NCBI RefSeq assembly: GCF_000315625.1
Contig: NW_005434644.1
Location: forward strand, 1-49,237
DNA: 49,237 nt
Direction of reading: 5' to 3'
DNA from: Guillardia theta CCMP2712
Taxonomy: Eukaryota; Protista; Cryptophyta
In this document: one piece after another, positions 34,824-47,798 of the stretch
Layout: every line of letters starts with the position of its first letter
Numbering within the stretch: position 1 is the stretch's first letter
The notes under the pieces: model-generated
The model's database searches: none
The model's input: the letters and a program-made list of their open reading frames with translations, nothing else
What the model was told of the DNA's origin: nothing
Translations under genes and position numbers: made by a program

Positions 34824-35490
34824 ATAGGAGGAGAAGCGAAGCAGAGGAAGTAGGGGATATCAGTAGGAGGCAGCATAGCAGAAGCAAGTATTGGATATGA
34901 AAATGCACGTAACTTGGAGAAAAGGATCAGGAGTGAAGCCTGTTCTTTATTTCCATGTGTCAATCGTAGGACCGAGTTGATATCAAGAACATGTAGTGAA
35001 GGAATGAAGTTTGTCGAGGGTAGAGTGTAAACGAATGGTGACCTGTACACCAATTGTTTTGAACAACATTCAATCACCAGGTTTTGGCATCCTGTCGAGT
35101 CCTGTCTTCCTCAAAAGAAGATATTTGTGCTTCATTTGGCAAGGAAAAATCGCTGTGTGAGTACATTCATTCTTTACTTCGTGTACTACGGAGCCCTTCA
35201 CAATATTTCTTTGCACAAGTTGCATCGAAGTACTTTTTGGGCAATCCAAGATTCTGGAAGTCTTAACAGATGTGTGATTTGTATCATTACATCCTTTCAA
35301 CCTTCCAAGACCGTTGAGTGCAACGCATATCTTATTTCCTTCTGACCGTTATCTTGCAGTTCCTTGGGATTCGTTTATCCATCATCAATCATCGTGTCAC
35401 GCCTCTTTTCGCTCATTTTTTTCAGTAAATCGTGTATGACTACTGAAAACATCTGACATCACTCCTCTACATCTTTCTTCACCTATTCAC

Positions 35491-35560
35491 ATCTCACATC
35501 ATCTCACATCATCTCACATCATCTCACATCATCTCACATCATCTCACATCATCTCACATC
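35491..35560. repeat. 10-bp repeat (ATCTCACATC), 7 copies
   Basis: Read directly. Confidence 0.92.
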
Positions 35561-37711
35561 ACTTCTCTACATCTTTCTTCATCTCTCCGCATATCACATC
35601 TTTGAGCTGAAACAACAGATGCAGCGTCTGGTCCGTTTCGAGTTTCATGTTCGCATGATCCGGCAAATCTAATTTATTTCATCCGATTGTGTCAAAAAAA
35701 AAATAATAAACACTAATGACCCACAAGGGTCCTAGGAAGTCCTATGACAATACATAGTCTATAATGGATCATAGGCCAAAAGGTACCGGTATGGGCCTAT
35801 CATGGTACTAGGAAAAGTAGGCCCTTGTTTACATGATATGTCCTAGGGAGATAGCTACTCTGGTCCGAGGAAGGTCCTAGACACTTACATTTCCATAGGA
35901 GCACTTGGACTCTCGGGTCCTAGCGAATGCCACATCACCCCTACGAACAACCCCTCTACCCCAATTGAAACATACCCCTACCCCCTTCTTAGATCAATAC
36001 CAAGGACCCTCACCCCCTAGTTTTGTGAATCTGATGAGATGTACCATTCAATCGGCTACACTCATTGAAAGACTACCGGTACTTGGTCTACCACCATTTT
36101 ATCCAACATGACTAAAGGATTTGTACAAGTTTAGAACCCCTATTTTCCATCAAAGCATGGCTGTATGGACCCACCCTCTTGTACCCTACCCACCAATGTG
36201 TGTCCTTATCATGCTTTATACCGGTGTATTAGTACCCTGACCTCCTCAAACACATTACTACAATTGACCGGACCGGTATGTACCACCCCCTACCTCGTCT
36301 TTGAAATCACCCCCACCCTCATCCACAATGAGCTTTGCTCCCATGCAGCATCAGCAGCAACAGAGTCGCACAAACGAGAAAAGACAGGCCATGCAGACAA
36401 TCATCATCTCCTCCATCGCATCGCAACTCTTCTTCTTCTCTTTCTGAACCTTTATCTTCACATCTTCCATCCTCACTTGATCTTGATTCTCTTTCTAAAC
36501 TTCTATCGTCACATCTTCCATGCTTACCTGATCTTAAGGCCTCTGTTTATCTTCCACGTCTGCCTGCTGGCCATCTGTGATGTTTGCCTTATGGTTGCTG
36601 TAACCGCTAACCTCCTTGCTTGGCATGCTTGGTTGCTGTAACCGCTAACCTTCTTGATTGGCATGCTTGACATTGCTGCCTCTCTTGCTTTGCATCTCCC
36701 TGCGATACAGCCAGCCTCTCATTCCTATGCTGCTTGCTGATGCTTCCTCGTTGTTCACCTTTCTCATCGTGCTGCCTCACCCTTGCGGTTATTTTCTCGT
36801 GCATGCGGTATCTTTATCACTATCACGTTATCTGCGGTATCTTCATCTCTATCTCCTATCTGTTGTCGGGTCAAATTATGTTTTTCTCTCCTCTGGCCAA
36901 CGTGTGCGGGCATGGTGTCTCCGGTGCTCGTCCTCATGAATGCAAGGGATGAAGTATTTGGTCGATGAAGCAGCTTCGGCTTGCTGCCGCTCCTGCATGC
37001 ATTCAACAGCTGCTGCTGCCTTCTTCATCCTTCACTTGCTGCTTCTAGCTTGACTCATCGACCTCTTCTGCTTCCTCCTTGCCCTCAGCCCTCGTCTCAT
37101 CCTCGAGTTTACAATCGCATGCATGGCTGCAACCTGAACCTGTATACTCAAGCTTGCTTGCCGCATCCTCTATATCCCTCCAAGTTCTCTTCACTCCCGT
37201 AGTTCACCAGCCGTTCAATCTGTTTTGTTCCTCCATGAACCTGCTTGTTTTTCTTTCAAGGGCTCTCCAGTGAGGTCCGATGATTGTTAATTAGGGTTTC
37301 TTACTGTTTCTGAAAGCTTTGATTGCTCTTTTCTTTCTCTTCTCAATCCTCCATGACATTTCGTCTAAGCTGAACCCTATTTAGGATGTTTTGCACTAGC
37401 TGAACCTGGGAAATGCTCTTACTACTTCTGCCCTCTGCTCCCTCTCCTGCTGCCTCCCCTATTCAGCTCCCTTTCTCTTCACGCTCTCGCCTCATTCGTT
37501 TGCGTTTACATTTTCTTCAGTGATTCAACGTAGTATCTGTTGTAACCTGTCGGCCATCTCCGTCTACTGATGCTTCGCATGTCCTTACATGCTACGCATG
37601 ATCACTGATTGTCTTCGTGATTCGTTTTATTGTCTGATCATAAGGAAGCGAAAGCAATTTGCTGCATTTGAAGTCCATTGGGAGTGATGCGGGTGTGGCA
37701 GGTCTGACAGC

Positions 37712-38627
<916 letters not shown>

Positions 38628-38829
38628 GCGAGAGGAGGAGGAGAGACAAGAAGGTCTGGTGGAGCTTTAATATAGTTGATGACTCGTGCCCTCCCCCCCT
38701 CTCTCCCTCCCTCCCTCCCTCCCTTCTTGTCTCCCTCCTTGTCTTCCCCCTTCTCCCGCCTCCCTCCTCCTCTGTTTTCTTCCATCCCTTGCTCGTCTCT
38801 CCCCACTCTGCCCAGCTCTTGATCTGCTG

Positions 38830-41800
38830 CCCCATGACCCAACCTCATCAAGTACAGCTGAAGGGGAGAGGGAGTGAACGACGAGCACGAGCGGGTCCAC
38901 GTAGTAGATGAATGTCTGCTCGCAGTAGCCAAGAAGGGACAAAGACAAACTGAGGAGGCGGAGGAGTGAAGAGGAAGAGGCGAGCGAGGATGTTGCGTAA
39001 GAAGGGATCAGGAGCAACGTTCATAAAAGAATAGCAGCAGCAGCAGCAGCAGGTCGTCTCATCCTTTCTCCTGCAGCAGCAGCGGCAGGTTTGGTCGCAC
39101 CACCTGCATGTACCAGGACGGAAACTTCCGGTTGCGCAGCGTCGACGCCGCCTGAGCAGCAACGGGGAAACGAGTCTCGAGCTCAGCGAGTTTCTCGCGA
39201 GCCAGGTCCCCGTCGGGCTTGCGACTGATAGCAGGTAAGGAAGAAAAAGAGAAGAGGAGCGACAGGTGACGAGAGTAGAGCATGCAAGGAGGGTGAGGAC
39301 AAGCAGGATCAGGAGCAAGAGGGAGAAGGAGCAGAAGCAGGAGGGAGGAGCCAGAGAAGGTGGGAGAAAGAGCAGGGAGGAAGAGCAGGGGGGAGGAAAA
39401 CGGAGCAGGAGGGAGCAGGAGGAGGGCCGAGGAAGAAGGAGGAGGGAGGAGGGAGGACGAAGAAAAGAGGACGAAGGAAGCAGGACGAAGGGAGCAGGAT
39501 GGAGGAAGCAGGATGGAGGAGGGTTGAGGGTTCCGCACCTCTTGTTATTGATGGTCATCTTCTCCATCATCCCCGCGTATGTCTCTGTCACGTCCTGTAA
39601 AATCTTCAGCCGCCACCTGCCAACATGGTGAGACTGAGCTGGGAGGCAGCTGGAGGAGGAGACATGCTGGGCTGGAGGCCTTTCTTGGGCGTCAGGTTGG
39701 CGGTGCAGCTTCGCAGGAGACCCTCAGCGACGACGAAGTCGCCAGTCTCAACTCTGATCTGAAGGAGGAACCAGTGAGAGCGAGGAGAGGAGAGGAGAGG
39801 AGAGGAGAGGAGAGGAGAGGAGAGGAGAGGAGAGGAGAGGAGAGGAGAGGAGAGGAGAGGAGAGGAGAGGAGAGGAGAGGAGAGGAGAGGAGAGGAGAGG
39901 AGAGGAGGATAAACGACAGGACAGGACAGGACAGGACAGGACAGGACAGGACAGGAAACTATCGTGACGAGAGGAGGAGGGTGTTCAACCTTGGCAATGA
40001 CAAGCAAACTGACGTCAACGGCATCTGCAATGGAGTCATGTCGAGCAAGCAAGTTGGATAGTCAGCTGGGGATATACCGAGCAAGTTTGAAGTCTCTGCG
40101 ATGTTGAGAGCCTCTGCTGCCGTGTCGTCCGCGAGTTTGAGCTCCTTCAGAAATGTGAGAGGTAGAAGGAAGGGAGGAAGGAGGAAAGAGGAAGGGAGAA
40201 GCAGGAAGGGAGGAAGCAGAACCAAGGGAAGGAGGGGAGCAACGGGAGGGGAGGGAGGAGGGGAGTACAAGTGGACGAGGAACCACCTTCTTCTCAAGGT
40301 AATAAAGACAGAGTAGATGCAGCCCTGAAGAAATTATTCTCAACATCAACGACCGGACAAGTGAAACGACAAGACAGACATCCAACGAACAGACAAAACA
40401 CATGAATGTTGAATTGAAGCAGCCACAAAGTTAGACAGACCTGCGATCTTTACAGCTGCTTCTCCAACCATCGCCGGCCGATCGATCTTGCTCATTGCTG
40501 CGTCCCAGTGCGACTTGGCGACATCAACTGCATCGAAACCTCAGCCTCTCACTTGCCCTCCCTTCTCCTCCCTCCTTCTCCTCCTCCCTTCTCCTCGTGC
40601 TCGTGCTCATGCTCGTGCTCGTGCTCGTGCTCCTCCTCCTAAGCCCTCCCACCTCCTTTCACCTGCTCCAGACTGCTGCTGAGCCAACCCAAGGAAGACA
40701 TGCGCGCACGCTCCAAGCACAGGAATCTGATTGCCGTCCTTGTCTAGCGATTGACACTGCCCAGTAGCGACATGAGACGAGGAGAAAGAGTGGGTGGGTG
40801 GAGGAGAGCAAGAAACAATGACAAGAGAGGAAAACACTACAGGACATTCAACTGGGGCAGATGAGAGAGGAGAAAGGATACGGGAGGAGAACAGGAGAGG
40901 AGCAAGAGAGGAGCAGAATTGATGTCACCAGGTCCGTCAAGAAGGCTTCAGCATCGTCTGCAGTGGACGAAGGATGGGAACCGTCGAGCATTGCAAGAGC
41001 CTCTGTAATGTCGCATGCTCTCTGTAGCGATGGCCCGTCCTTGCCCAGCCTCTGCTTCCCTCGGTCAGAGCAGAACCGACATACTCCACATCCTCTCTCA
41101 CCACCGCCATGCTCTTCGCCTGGTGGATCATGCTGACATTAAGCAAGCCGATCTTGACGTCCGTCAAGCAGGAGCTGGAGGAAAAGTAAGACTGAGGCAT
41201 GAGAATACACTCGGCATTCTATTCCAGACAAGACAGGAAAAGACAACAGACAGGATAAGACAACACGGAACATGACAGGACGGAATAGCACAGGACAGGA
41301 CAGGACAGGACAGGACAACAACCTATGAACTGCCTCGAAGGCGAGGTAATCGGAGTGAAATCCAGGTTTTGTTTCCTGTGGGGAAACGATCAAACTTTTA
41401 CCGCAATCCACCACTGTTGTTGCAAATGGTACTACTGGTATTACTGGTACACTGTAATCTGCCGGTGCTACTGGAATCTGCTGGTACTACAAGTGTCTAC
41501 TGGCACTTGCATGTCGTTCCGGTACAACTAATTGTTCTTACATCTCACTAATGGTACTACCAGTTAGACCTTTATCTCACTGCTGGTGCAGATCTTTGTA
41601 CTCATACGTCCCTCTGGTGCTACTCGATCTTCTCTCATCACTACTGCTTCAACTTGCTGCACTTGAAGGTGTTGCTTACCTGCAAATCAAGCCCTGCCTG
41701 CACGCATTTCGCACGATAACTCGCCTCCTGGAGAGCATGTGAGCCGAAGAAGAGGGGAATGAAACCGAGGAGACGATGAGAAGGAGGAAGGGATACCTTG

Positions 41801-42671
41801 GAGAAATCTCCCGAGAGAGCGTACAGGTGGGCAAGAGAGTCAACAGCAAAGAGGTTCAGCTCAGGCATCCCAGCAGACTGACAGATCTCTTCCGTCCTGC
41901 TCTTCCGCTCAAGAGACATGGCGGGAGGAACGAGCTCTACCTGACTAGGCGGTTGATAGCAAGGTTGAACTTCCCGGACTCGTAGTACTCTCTCGCCTCC
42001 TGGACCTGCACGAGCTCGTGAGTGCTATTCCATCTCTCATCCTCATCCTGTTCTACGTATCCTCCTCCCTCCGCTCCCCCCCCGCCGGTTACCTCCGGCA
42101 TCTGCAGAAGTTCGGAGAGGATGGACATGGAGCTGCTAGGGAGTGGAGTGGAGTTGCGCAGGAGGCCGTAAGACCGCAGGCCCAGAGGAATGGGAGGCCG
42201 GGGAACTCCTTGCCATGGCATAGCATTACGTGAGCAGAGCACTGGAGAGAGAGGAGAGCGCGATGACGAGAAGCTGTAGACCCTGCGAGGGGATATGCCG
42301 GGAATGAGCGGCTCCGGGATCACAGAGGATCCAGCGTGTTTGCTTCCATCGACTGTATCGAATGTGAAGGGAGAGGGGAAGGACGTCCTGGCAAGATTCG
42401 GAAAGTTTGAGGAGATGATCAGAGAGCATGAAGGAGAGCAAACGTGACAACTGTGCAGTGCTGACGAGGAGGAGGCTGTGGAGAACTGGGTTCGCGTGTT
42501 CGATGCTCGAAAGTGAGGAGGATTGGAGCAGACATGCTGAGGTTGGGGGAGAGAAGCGGAGAGACAATGCAGGGAAGGAATGGAGGACGAGGAAGAACGA
42601 GGATTGAGGAGGGGGAGGGAGGCGAGGCGAGGTTGTCGCTTCCTCGCATGTAGACTACGGGCGACTAGCAT
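38830..42671 (-). CDS. Multi-exon helical-repeat (TPR-like) protein with a possible mitochondrial presequence (ends approximate)
   Basis: Arg/Ser-rich, acid-free N-terminus. Exons such as QEAREYYESGKFNLAINRL, AVDSLAHLYALSGDF and ETGDFVVAEGLLRSC are separated by microsatellite-filled introns. Confidence 0.5.
39782..39955. repeat. (GAGAG)n followed by (ACAGG)n pentamer microsatellites, intronic
   Basis: Read directly. Confidence 0.92.
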
Positions 42672-43047
42672 GGCCGGTCCAAAAGAACGAATGAGGGGTG
42701 GGGACTGATGATGGTGGGGGTACATACCCCTACCCACATATGTGAACCAAAAACAGGTAGTCTGGAGGGGTGAAATATCTTGGGGGCATAGTCAGGGAAT
42801 GGCGTCTCAGTACCCCCTCAATGCCTGAGATCAGGGGTGGGGTGATGCACCCTATTGAAGATCGCGAAAAGAGCTCGAAGCGGACTGGTAGGGTAGGGTA
42901 CCCTAGGCTGCACCCTGAGAATTTATGTGGAACCGGTGTAGATGATAGACTTTAGTACCGGTACCTGAGGCTCAATTCACTACCCTCACCCTACACAAGA
43001 AATGGGTTTGCTTCATCTTCATTCCTTTGCGCTACTCTGTGTCCATA

Positions 43048-43216
43048 ACCCCCACCCTCTCTATAAGAGTACAAATGACCGGTGAGAATACATATGTATC
43101 ACCCCCACCCTCTCAATTACAGTACAAATCACCCGTGAGGACACATATGTATCACCCCCACCCTCTCAATTACAGAACAAATGACCCGTGAGAACCAATA
43201 TGTATCACCCCACCCA
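43048..43216. repeat. About 53-bp imperfect tandem repeat (3.3 copies), each starting ACCCCCACCC
   Basis: Units of the form ACCCCCACCCTCTC.AT.A.AG.ACAAAT.ACC.GTGAG...ATATGTATC. Confidence 0.85.
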
Positions 43217-43606
43217 CACATATGACTCCGAGGCCCCCAGCGTCCGAGTCGGAGTCACCTCGACGTCAGTGCCGCACGTCGGGTGACTGACCGTGTCCGG
43301 CATCGACTTCAAGTTGCCTTGCCAGGCTCTGCGTGTCGTTGGTGTGAGACAAACTGAGGAACAAAGAGAAAGATCGTGAGCAGTTTGCAGTAGCGAATGA
43401 GTGGATCTCTCCTTTGGCACCTGCCGTAACCCCTGTCAGTGTCGGAACAACTCGAGTCAGATGATCGCATCAGGGACTGAATTGACACACAAGACAGAGA
43501 CACAATCATACTGGTACACATGATGATGACCCGCCAAGGATGACAGGCAAGACATTGAAGCGATGTTGGGCACACTCAAGTCACACAAGGTGCAGTGCGA
43601 CTTTGC

Positions 43607-45154
43607 TTACTTACCCCCCTGGAAGTGGATGCTCTTCAGGTCACTCCACTCCTGCTCTCCTCCTTGAGATCGTCTCAGTTGTTGTGCTCGCAGAGCTGGA
43701 AACGCCTTGAAACGAAATCCAGCTTCCCGATGCCCATGCCGGTGATCGAACCCGTACTCCTTGATGTCACAAAGTCTCCTAGCCTGGTGCTCGTCTGACT
43801 TCCAACAGTCCAGCGACGGGACCCCCCACTCTCTCCCCAGCTTGCGGTCAGCCTGACTGACGTAGAGGTACCACAGAGTCATGTCGCATACGTAGGGAGC
43901 TTTCTCTTTTTTCATGGTCAGGAGCTCAACCCCCTTTGGGTACTTGTAGATCGTGATCGCAAAGTTCATGTAATCATAAAGGATTGGGCGCGAAAGCAAG
44001 CCCGTTCCTGCCCAGGCCACCCAGTCCAAGGTTGAAAAGTTCTTGTGGAAGGGAGTGGCCGGCAGGCTGAGAGCAGAGTCGCAGTGGCGGTAGATCTTGA
44101 GGTCGTTGAGGCGGGTCAGCAGGAGCACATCAGAGTCCGTGTAGAAGACGTCGGTCCAGTCTCGCTGCAGCATCAGGGCGTACATGAAGAAGAACCTTTC
44201 GCTGTTCTGACGCTCATACGGCTCCGAGCTGCCCCAGGGCTTGTAGACCCCTCGAAATTCTTCCAACTTTGATTTCACCTTCGGCTCAGCGTCCATGATT
44301 GCATTCATGTCCACGAAATGCACATATTGATGTCTTTGATGAGATCGAGCAGTTTGAGAATCTGTGAGCAAGAATACCGTATTTCCCTTCAAGAAAGATG
44401 CAAACATTGAACTCCAAATGTATTCACCAGAGTGTAACACATTGTTAAAGATGTGAAAGAAGATATGCGGAATTGAGCGTTTCTTCTGCCTCGTTCGCAT
44501 CCTTCTTGCTTTTGCACTCCTCGAATCATTACGTCGCATACCATCGAGTGTTGGTCTGGTGCCGTTCGAGGCGTTGAAGAGGGAAAGTGAAGCATTCTTA
44601 AAGTGTGAAATATTTCGAGATTCTGACACGTTCTGAGAGTGTGGGATGTCACGATAGTCTGAAATATTCTCGGAGCTCGCAGAAATTTGGGAGGTTGCAA
44701 TCTTCTCAGAGTATGAAACATTTTGAGGGTTCGAGATGTTCTCAGAGTTGGAAATAGTCGGGGAGGTCGAATTTTCATGAGAGGGGACTGGTTGTGAACT
44801 CAGAGCAGAGAGGGGCCTCTTGCCGGAGCTGTTGCCTTCATCGGGAGCCCCGGGTTTCATGGAGTCCCTCAGTCCTCCCATCAAGTCAACACCCTTGCCA
44901 TGCTGTTCCACGGATGACACGATCTCCCGATCTTTCAGTGGTTTGTGTCTCATCTTACTCGGAGACGCCTTCGGTGTTGCTGTATCTCCCGTCACACCTA
45001 CCAAGTGCTCAGCCAAGGTCAGCTGCTTCGCTTGCCATGCCGCAGGTAGAAGGGCAAGGTCGTAGAGGGCCTTTAAGCTCTCGGTTCGCGTCGTTATCAA
45101 TGCGATGACCCCGCAAGCGAGCAACGCAGTCACAGCCAGCAGCTGCGTCCTCAT
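43607..45154 (-). CDS. Putative type II membrane GT-A-fold glycosyltransferase (a short 3' exon may follow)
   Basis: N-terminal signal-anchor, Ser/Asn-rich stem, and motifs ERFF...VFYTDSDVLL (DxD), VCDMTLW, FDH and IHFQG. Confidence 0.65.
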   Translation of the reverse strand: MRTQLLAVTALLACGVIALITTRTESLKALYDLALLPAAWQAKQLTLAEHLVGVTGDTATPKASPSKMRHKPLKDREIVSSVEQHGKGVDLMGGLRDSMKPGAPDEGNSSGKRPLSALSSQPVPSHENSTSPTISNSENISNPQNVSYSEKIATSQISASSENISDYRDIPHSQNVSESRNISHFKNASLSLFNASNGTRPTLDGMRRNDSRSAKARRMRTRQKKRSIPHIFFHIFNNVLHSGEYIWSSMFASFLKGNTVFLLTDSQTARSHQRHQYVHFVDMNAIMDAEPKVKSKLEEFRGVYKPWGSSEPYERQNSERFFFMYALMLQRDWTDVFYTDSDVLLLTRLNDLKIYRHCDSALSLPATPFHKNFSTLDWVAWAGTGLLSRPILYDYMNFAITIYKYPKGVELLTMKKEKAPYVCDMTLWYLYVSQADRKLGREWGVPSLDCWKSDEHQARRLCDIKEYGFDHRHGHREAGFRFKAFPALRAQQLRRSQGGEQEWSDLKSIHFQGGK

Positions 45155-45294
45155 CTTCTGAGCGGCTGATCTAGCGAGTTTCTAGTCACTGGTCCTCACC
45201 ATCACATGATACTTCAAGCCAGGCGGCGAGGAGAGCCTTCCAAGACCAAGAGGAGGATTTAGACTCTGAACAGACGAGGATCTTGAAGAGGTGA

Positions 45295-45370
45295 GGAGGG
45301 CAGGAGGGCAGGAGGGCAGGAGGGCAGGAGGGCAGGAGGGCAGGAGGGCAGGAGGGCAGGAGGGCAGGAG
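45295..45370. repeat. (GAGGGCAG)n octamer repeat, about 9 copies
   Basis: Read directly. Confidence 0.92.
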
Positions 45371-46712
45371 GGGAACAAGTAGTGGTACTGCTGCAAGGAC
45401 GCCCGGTTGTTTACTCGGAAAGTTAAGTTAAAAATCGGTACGAGGACCGTTGAACGGCATCCGATGATCATCCCGGGGTCCGATCGGCGGCGGCCGGGCA
45501 CTGATCGATCGCCGGGATGGCATCCGCCGCCGGCGCCGCGGCCGGGGAGACCGTCGGCGCGGCGCGGCCCGGGCCCGCCGCCCGGGGACCGCGGAGCGGC
45601 TTCAGCTGAATCCCGGAGAGTCCATTGAATCCAGTTGCCACCGTCACAGGCTCCCGGCCAGGCGGAGCCTCGGAGCGGCTGACCGACTCGGATGCGACGG
45701 TTGCCGCTGCGGGGCCCGGGGCTTCGAAAGGCTCCAGCCGGGCCCCGCGGGGAATACTCTCCGAGGCTCCGGCGAGGCTCCGGGCCCGGCGCGGCGGCTG
45801 AGTACGGGGAGTCCGACCTGACAGTGTCGCGGCGGTTAGTAGAAAAAACTGGGCGTGACCGTACTGAGCGAGAAACGGCCAACCCTCATGCGCAGTGCGG
45901 CAGTGCGTGCGCCATCATCAAAGCAGCAATTTACTTTCAAGTTTACATGCAGTGCTCGGCGGCTTGAAAGCGAAGTTGCCGCTGGGGACACTCAGTGACT
46001 GAGCGGCGCCGGGCAGCCCGGGCGGCGGCCACGCAGTGCCGGGCGTCAGACGCGGGCGGCGGGCCCGGCCCGGCCCGTGCCGCCCTCCGACTGACGGTCA
46101 CCGGGTGTCGGCGGATCGGACAGGCCGGGCTTTGGCACTGCCGGGCCCGACCGAGCCCACCTCAATTCTGTTGAGGGACCGTGATTTCAAGTTTGAACGA
46201 TCCACGCCTGTTTGAAATAGAGAACCCTACCCCCCTCCTCCACCCGTACTGCAATAGAGGAAGGGGGTCCTCTGGCATGCACCTCACCCCCGTGTTCGAA
46301 TGGCAACATGGAGAAAGACGAGGGAGGGAGGGAGGGAGGGAGGGAGGGAGGGAGGGAGGGAGGGAGGGATATGCAGATGGTAGACCAAGAATATCAAGTG
46401 AAGGGAAGAGTAAGAGAGAACATGTCGGAGGAGGCAGCATAGACACACCTGACGTGACGAACAGTGACAGGGCAGCAATGTGACCTTGATTCAACACCAT
46501 CATTGTACAATGAGGACGAACCAGAGTTGTAGTAAACAGATTCCGTAGTTCACAATGATGTCTGCATCCCCTTCTGACCTCCCATCTCCTTACATCGCGT
46601 TGATTCATCTTCATGCTTGATTCATCAGCAAACATGCACTTCGGTTCTTCTGCTGATTCCAGTTTGAACCTGAAGGCATTGCTGCAGGTCGAACAGAACA
46701 AATCGAATCAGC

Positions 46713-47767
46713 ATGGGAGGGACAGACTCTCCGAGCACGGGGACTCCGAGCAAGACAGGAGCAACTCCACGGAAGTACACACCGCTGAGAAACAGGACAC
46801 CCAACACGCCGAGCAGAGACAGCCTGGTCAAAGTGACCTTCAGCGTAAAGCATGAGATGCAGGTTGAGGACGCGAGCATGTTCGTAATCGGATCTCTCCC
46901 CTCCCTGGGGTCATGGGATCCCCGTCGAGCGAGGAAGATGAGCCAGGCAGAGGACGGGACTTGGATGATCGCCATCTACCTCCCTGAGAAGGTTGAGTTC
47001 CTGTACCAGTACTGCCTGATCCAGGAGGAGGAGGATTCTGCCCGCCAGCCCCTTATAGTCTGGCAAGGGAACATCGAGAGGAAGTGCAAGGTCGACAACG
47101 CCTCGGACACGCCTGGCAAGCAGCTCATCCTCGAGGACAACACGGCAGCCGACGGAGGGCGCGGCGAAGGGGAGCGGCAGCAGCAGGAGCTGAAAATCGA
47201 CCCGCTGGTACCAGTGGGAGCGAACTCGATGCAGCAGAAGCTGGAGGTGAAGCAGATCGAGATTGACCAGCTGCTGGAGGAGAGAGAGCGATGCCAGAAC
47301 GAGTTGCAGAAGCTCAAGGACATCATCGGTTACGCCGACAACCCCGACGACTACAAGAAGCGTCAATCCTACCTCCCTGACTTCAGCTCCCTCCTCTATG
47401 ACACCGTTCGAGAGGTCTCTCCTCCCTCCATCCCTCCTCTACTCTCCTCCCTCCTCTTTCTCCCTTCACCCCCCCTCCCCTTCTCCCTTCCCTCCTCTTT
47501 CTTCCTCCCTCCCTCCCTCCTCTTCTCTTTTCCTTCATTCCTTGCTGTTCTCGTCTTCCTGTTGCTCAGCCTTGCTCTATGTTGACTTCCCGTCACTCGC
47601 TGCCTCCTCTCTCTCCTTCCTTCTCGCTCTCTCCTCTCCTCGCTTGCCCTAAGCTTCTCTTCTCCCCAGCTGCAATCGTCCGTGCAGAGCAAGTTGCGCA
47701 AGACCTGCTCCTCCATCGCCGAGGATCATGCGTTCGAGGGAGGAAGCAGCGAAGACGTCAAGGTCTC

Positions 47768-47798
<31 letters not shown>

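Noticed and set aside
37290-37385. Isolated TTAGGGTTT / AACCCTA words as interstitial telomere
   Set aside because: Single units, expected by chance.
36340-37420. Minus-strand purine-rich region resembling coiled-coil coding sequence, with a duplication of about 38 bp at 36592-36668
   Set aside because: Frequent stops and no consistent splice model; it may be a pseudogene but cannot be supported.
43048-43216. 53-bp repeats as a CRISPR-like array
   Set aside because: The whole unit is repeated with point divergence; there are no distinct spacers.
45259-45967. Pro/Gly/Arg-rich ORFs in the GC-rich island (also 33504-34350)
   Set aside because: Stop-poor because of GC content; no domain or codon structure.
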